Source: Callorhinchus milii
Taxonomy: Eukaryota
Assembly: GCF_018977255.1 (NCBI RefSeq)
Contig: NW_024704742.1
Location: 20,524,001 to 20,588,000 of the forward strand
Direction: 5' to 3'
Length of the DNA: 64,000 bases
The notes under the pieces are model-generated. The model had not been told where the DNA came from and searched no databases. It worked only from the letters and a program-made list of their open reading frames with translations. Below are positions 63,425 to 64,000 of this stretch, in pieces. The position numbers were made by a program, and so were the translations under genes. Every line of letters starts with the position of its first letter. The stretch's first letter is position 1.

Positions 63425-63662
63425 TAATATTTGCATTTGATATAACGCCTTTCATGTCAGGTGCCTCAAAGCTGTACTCTAAAGGGTAGCACTGTACATC
63501 TTGCAGGTGAATGCGACAGCCAATTTGCATGCAGCAATGTCCCACCAACAGGCATGAATTGAATGAACGCTTTTGTCAGGGGGATTATTGACCAGGATAC
63601 AAGGAGAAATTCCCTCGCTTCTCAAACGGGATCTTTAACGTCCATTTGAGCAGGCAGACACT
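63425..63662 (-). mobile_element. Deu-domain-like SINE 3' part
   Basis: TTGCATTTGATATAACGCC..CAGCCAATTTGCATGCAGCAATGTCCCAC..GGGATCTTTAACGTCCA. Confidence 0.75.
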
Positions 63663-64000
63663 TCCTTGGGTGTCCTGGTCAACAAGTGTACCCCACCCCT
63701 CTTTTGGCAGGCAAGCTTTCAGCCATTCTGTCTCCTTTCTCTGGAATTCTACCCATCTTAATTAGGAACAAGTACAAACTTCACTCCAACACGATCCCTT
63801 TTAGGAGCATTATTTCCGTGAGTACCCACTTGAATCCTTATTAAAGGATTCTCATTGGTAATTATTGCGTGTTAGTCTCCACTTTGTCAAAAATATTGTA
63901 ACCATAATTTAGAGTAACTGGTTTTCTATGACCTGCTCTGTGACCTGAACTTGAAATCCTGGCACTGAAGAGCACACAGAAATTTCTGGGAATGGCGTGT

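Overview
This is AT-rich, repeat-dense vertebrate genomic DNA, intronic or intergenic. The repeat families (L2- and CR1-clade LINEs, tRNA-headed SINEs with an L2-type tail, SacSINE1/Deu-domain-like SINEs, LF-SINE-like and Penelope-type fragments) suggest a cartilaginous fish, possibly a chimaera; this is an inference from remembered consensus sequences. I could not identify an intact protein-coding gene, and the longer ORFs are broken LINE ORF2 pieces, SINE read-through or microsatellite artefacts. Points of interest: (1) an internally deleted DNA transposon at 23339-24136 with ~110-bp terminal inverted repeats around a KRBA2/SCAND3-type (Ginger2-like) transposase C-terminus; (2) a perfect 76-bp inverted repeat around a patchwork spacer at 22874-23180; (3) an unclassified ~570-bp repeat at five loci with conserved hairpins and an A-rich end; (4) a CpG-rich candidate promoter at 40240-41075; (5) a TG..CA-bounded solo-LTR/MITE candidate; (6) a decayed Penelope-type mini-hammerhead; (7) several nested or templated insertions; (8) a few low-confidence minus-strand micro-exon candidates. 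Repeat boundaries are read by eye and approximate unless stated as exact. Nothing here demonstrates a new biological system; the structured repeat is the best lead.
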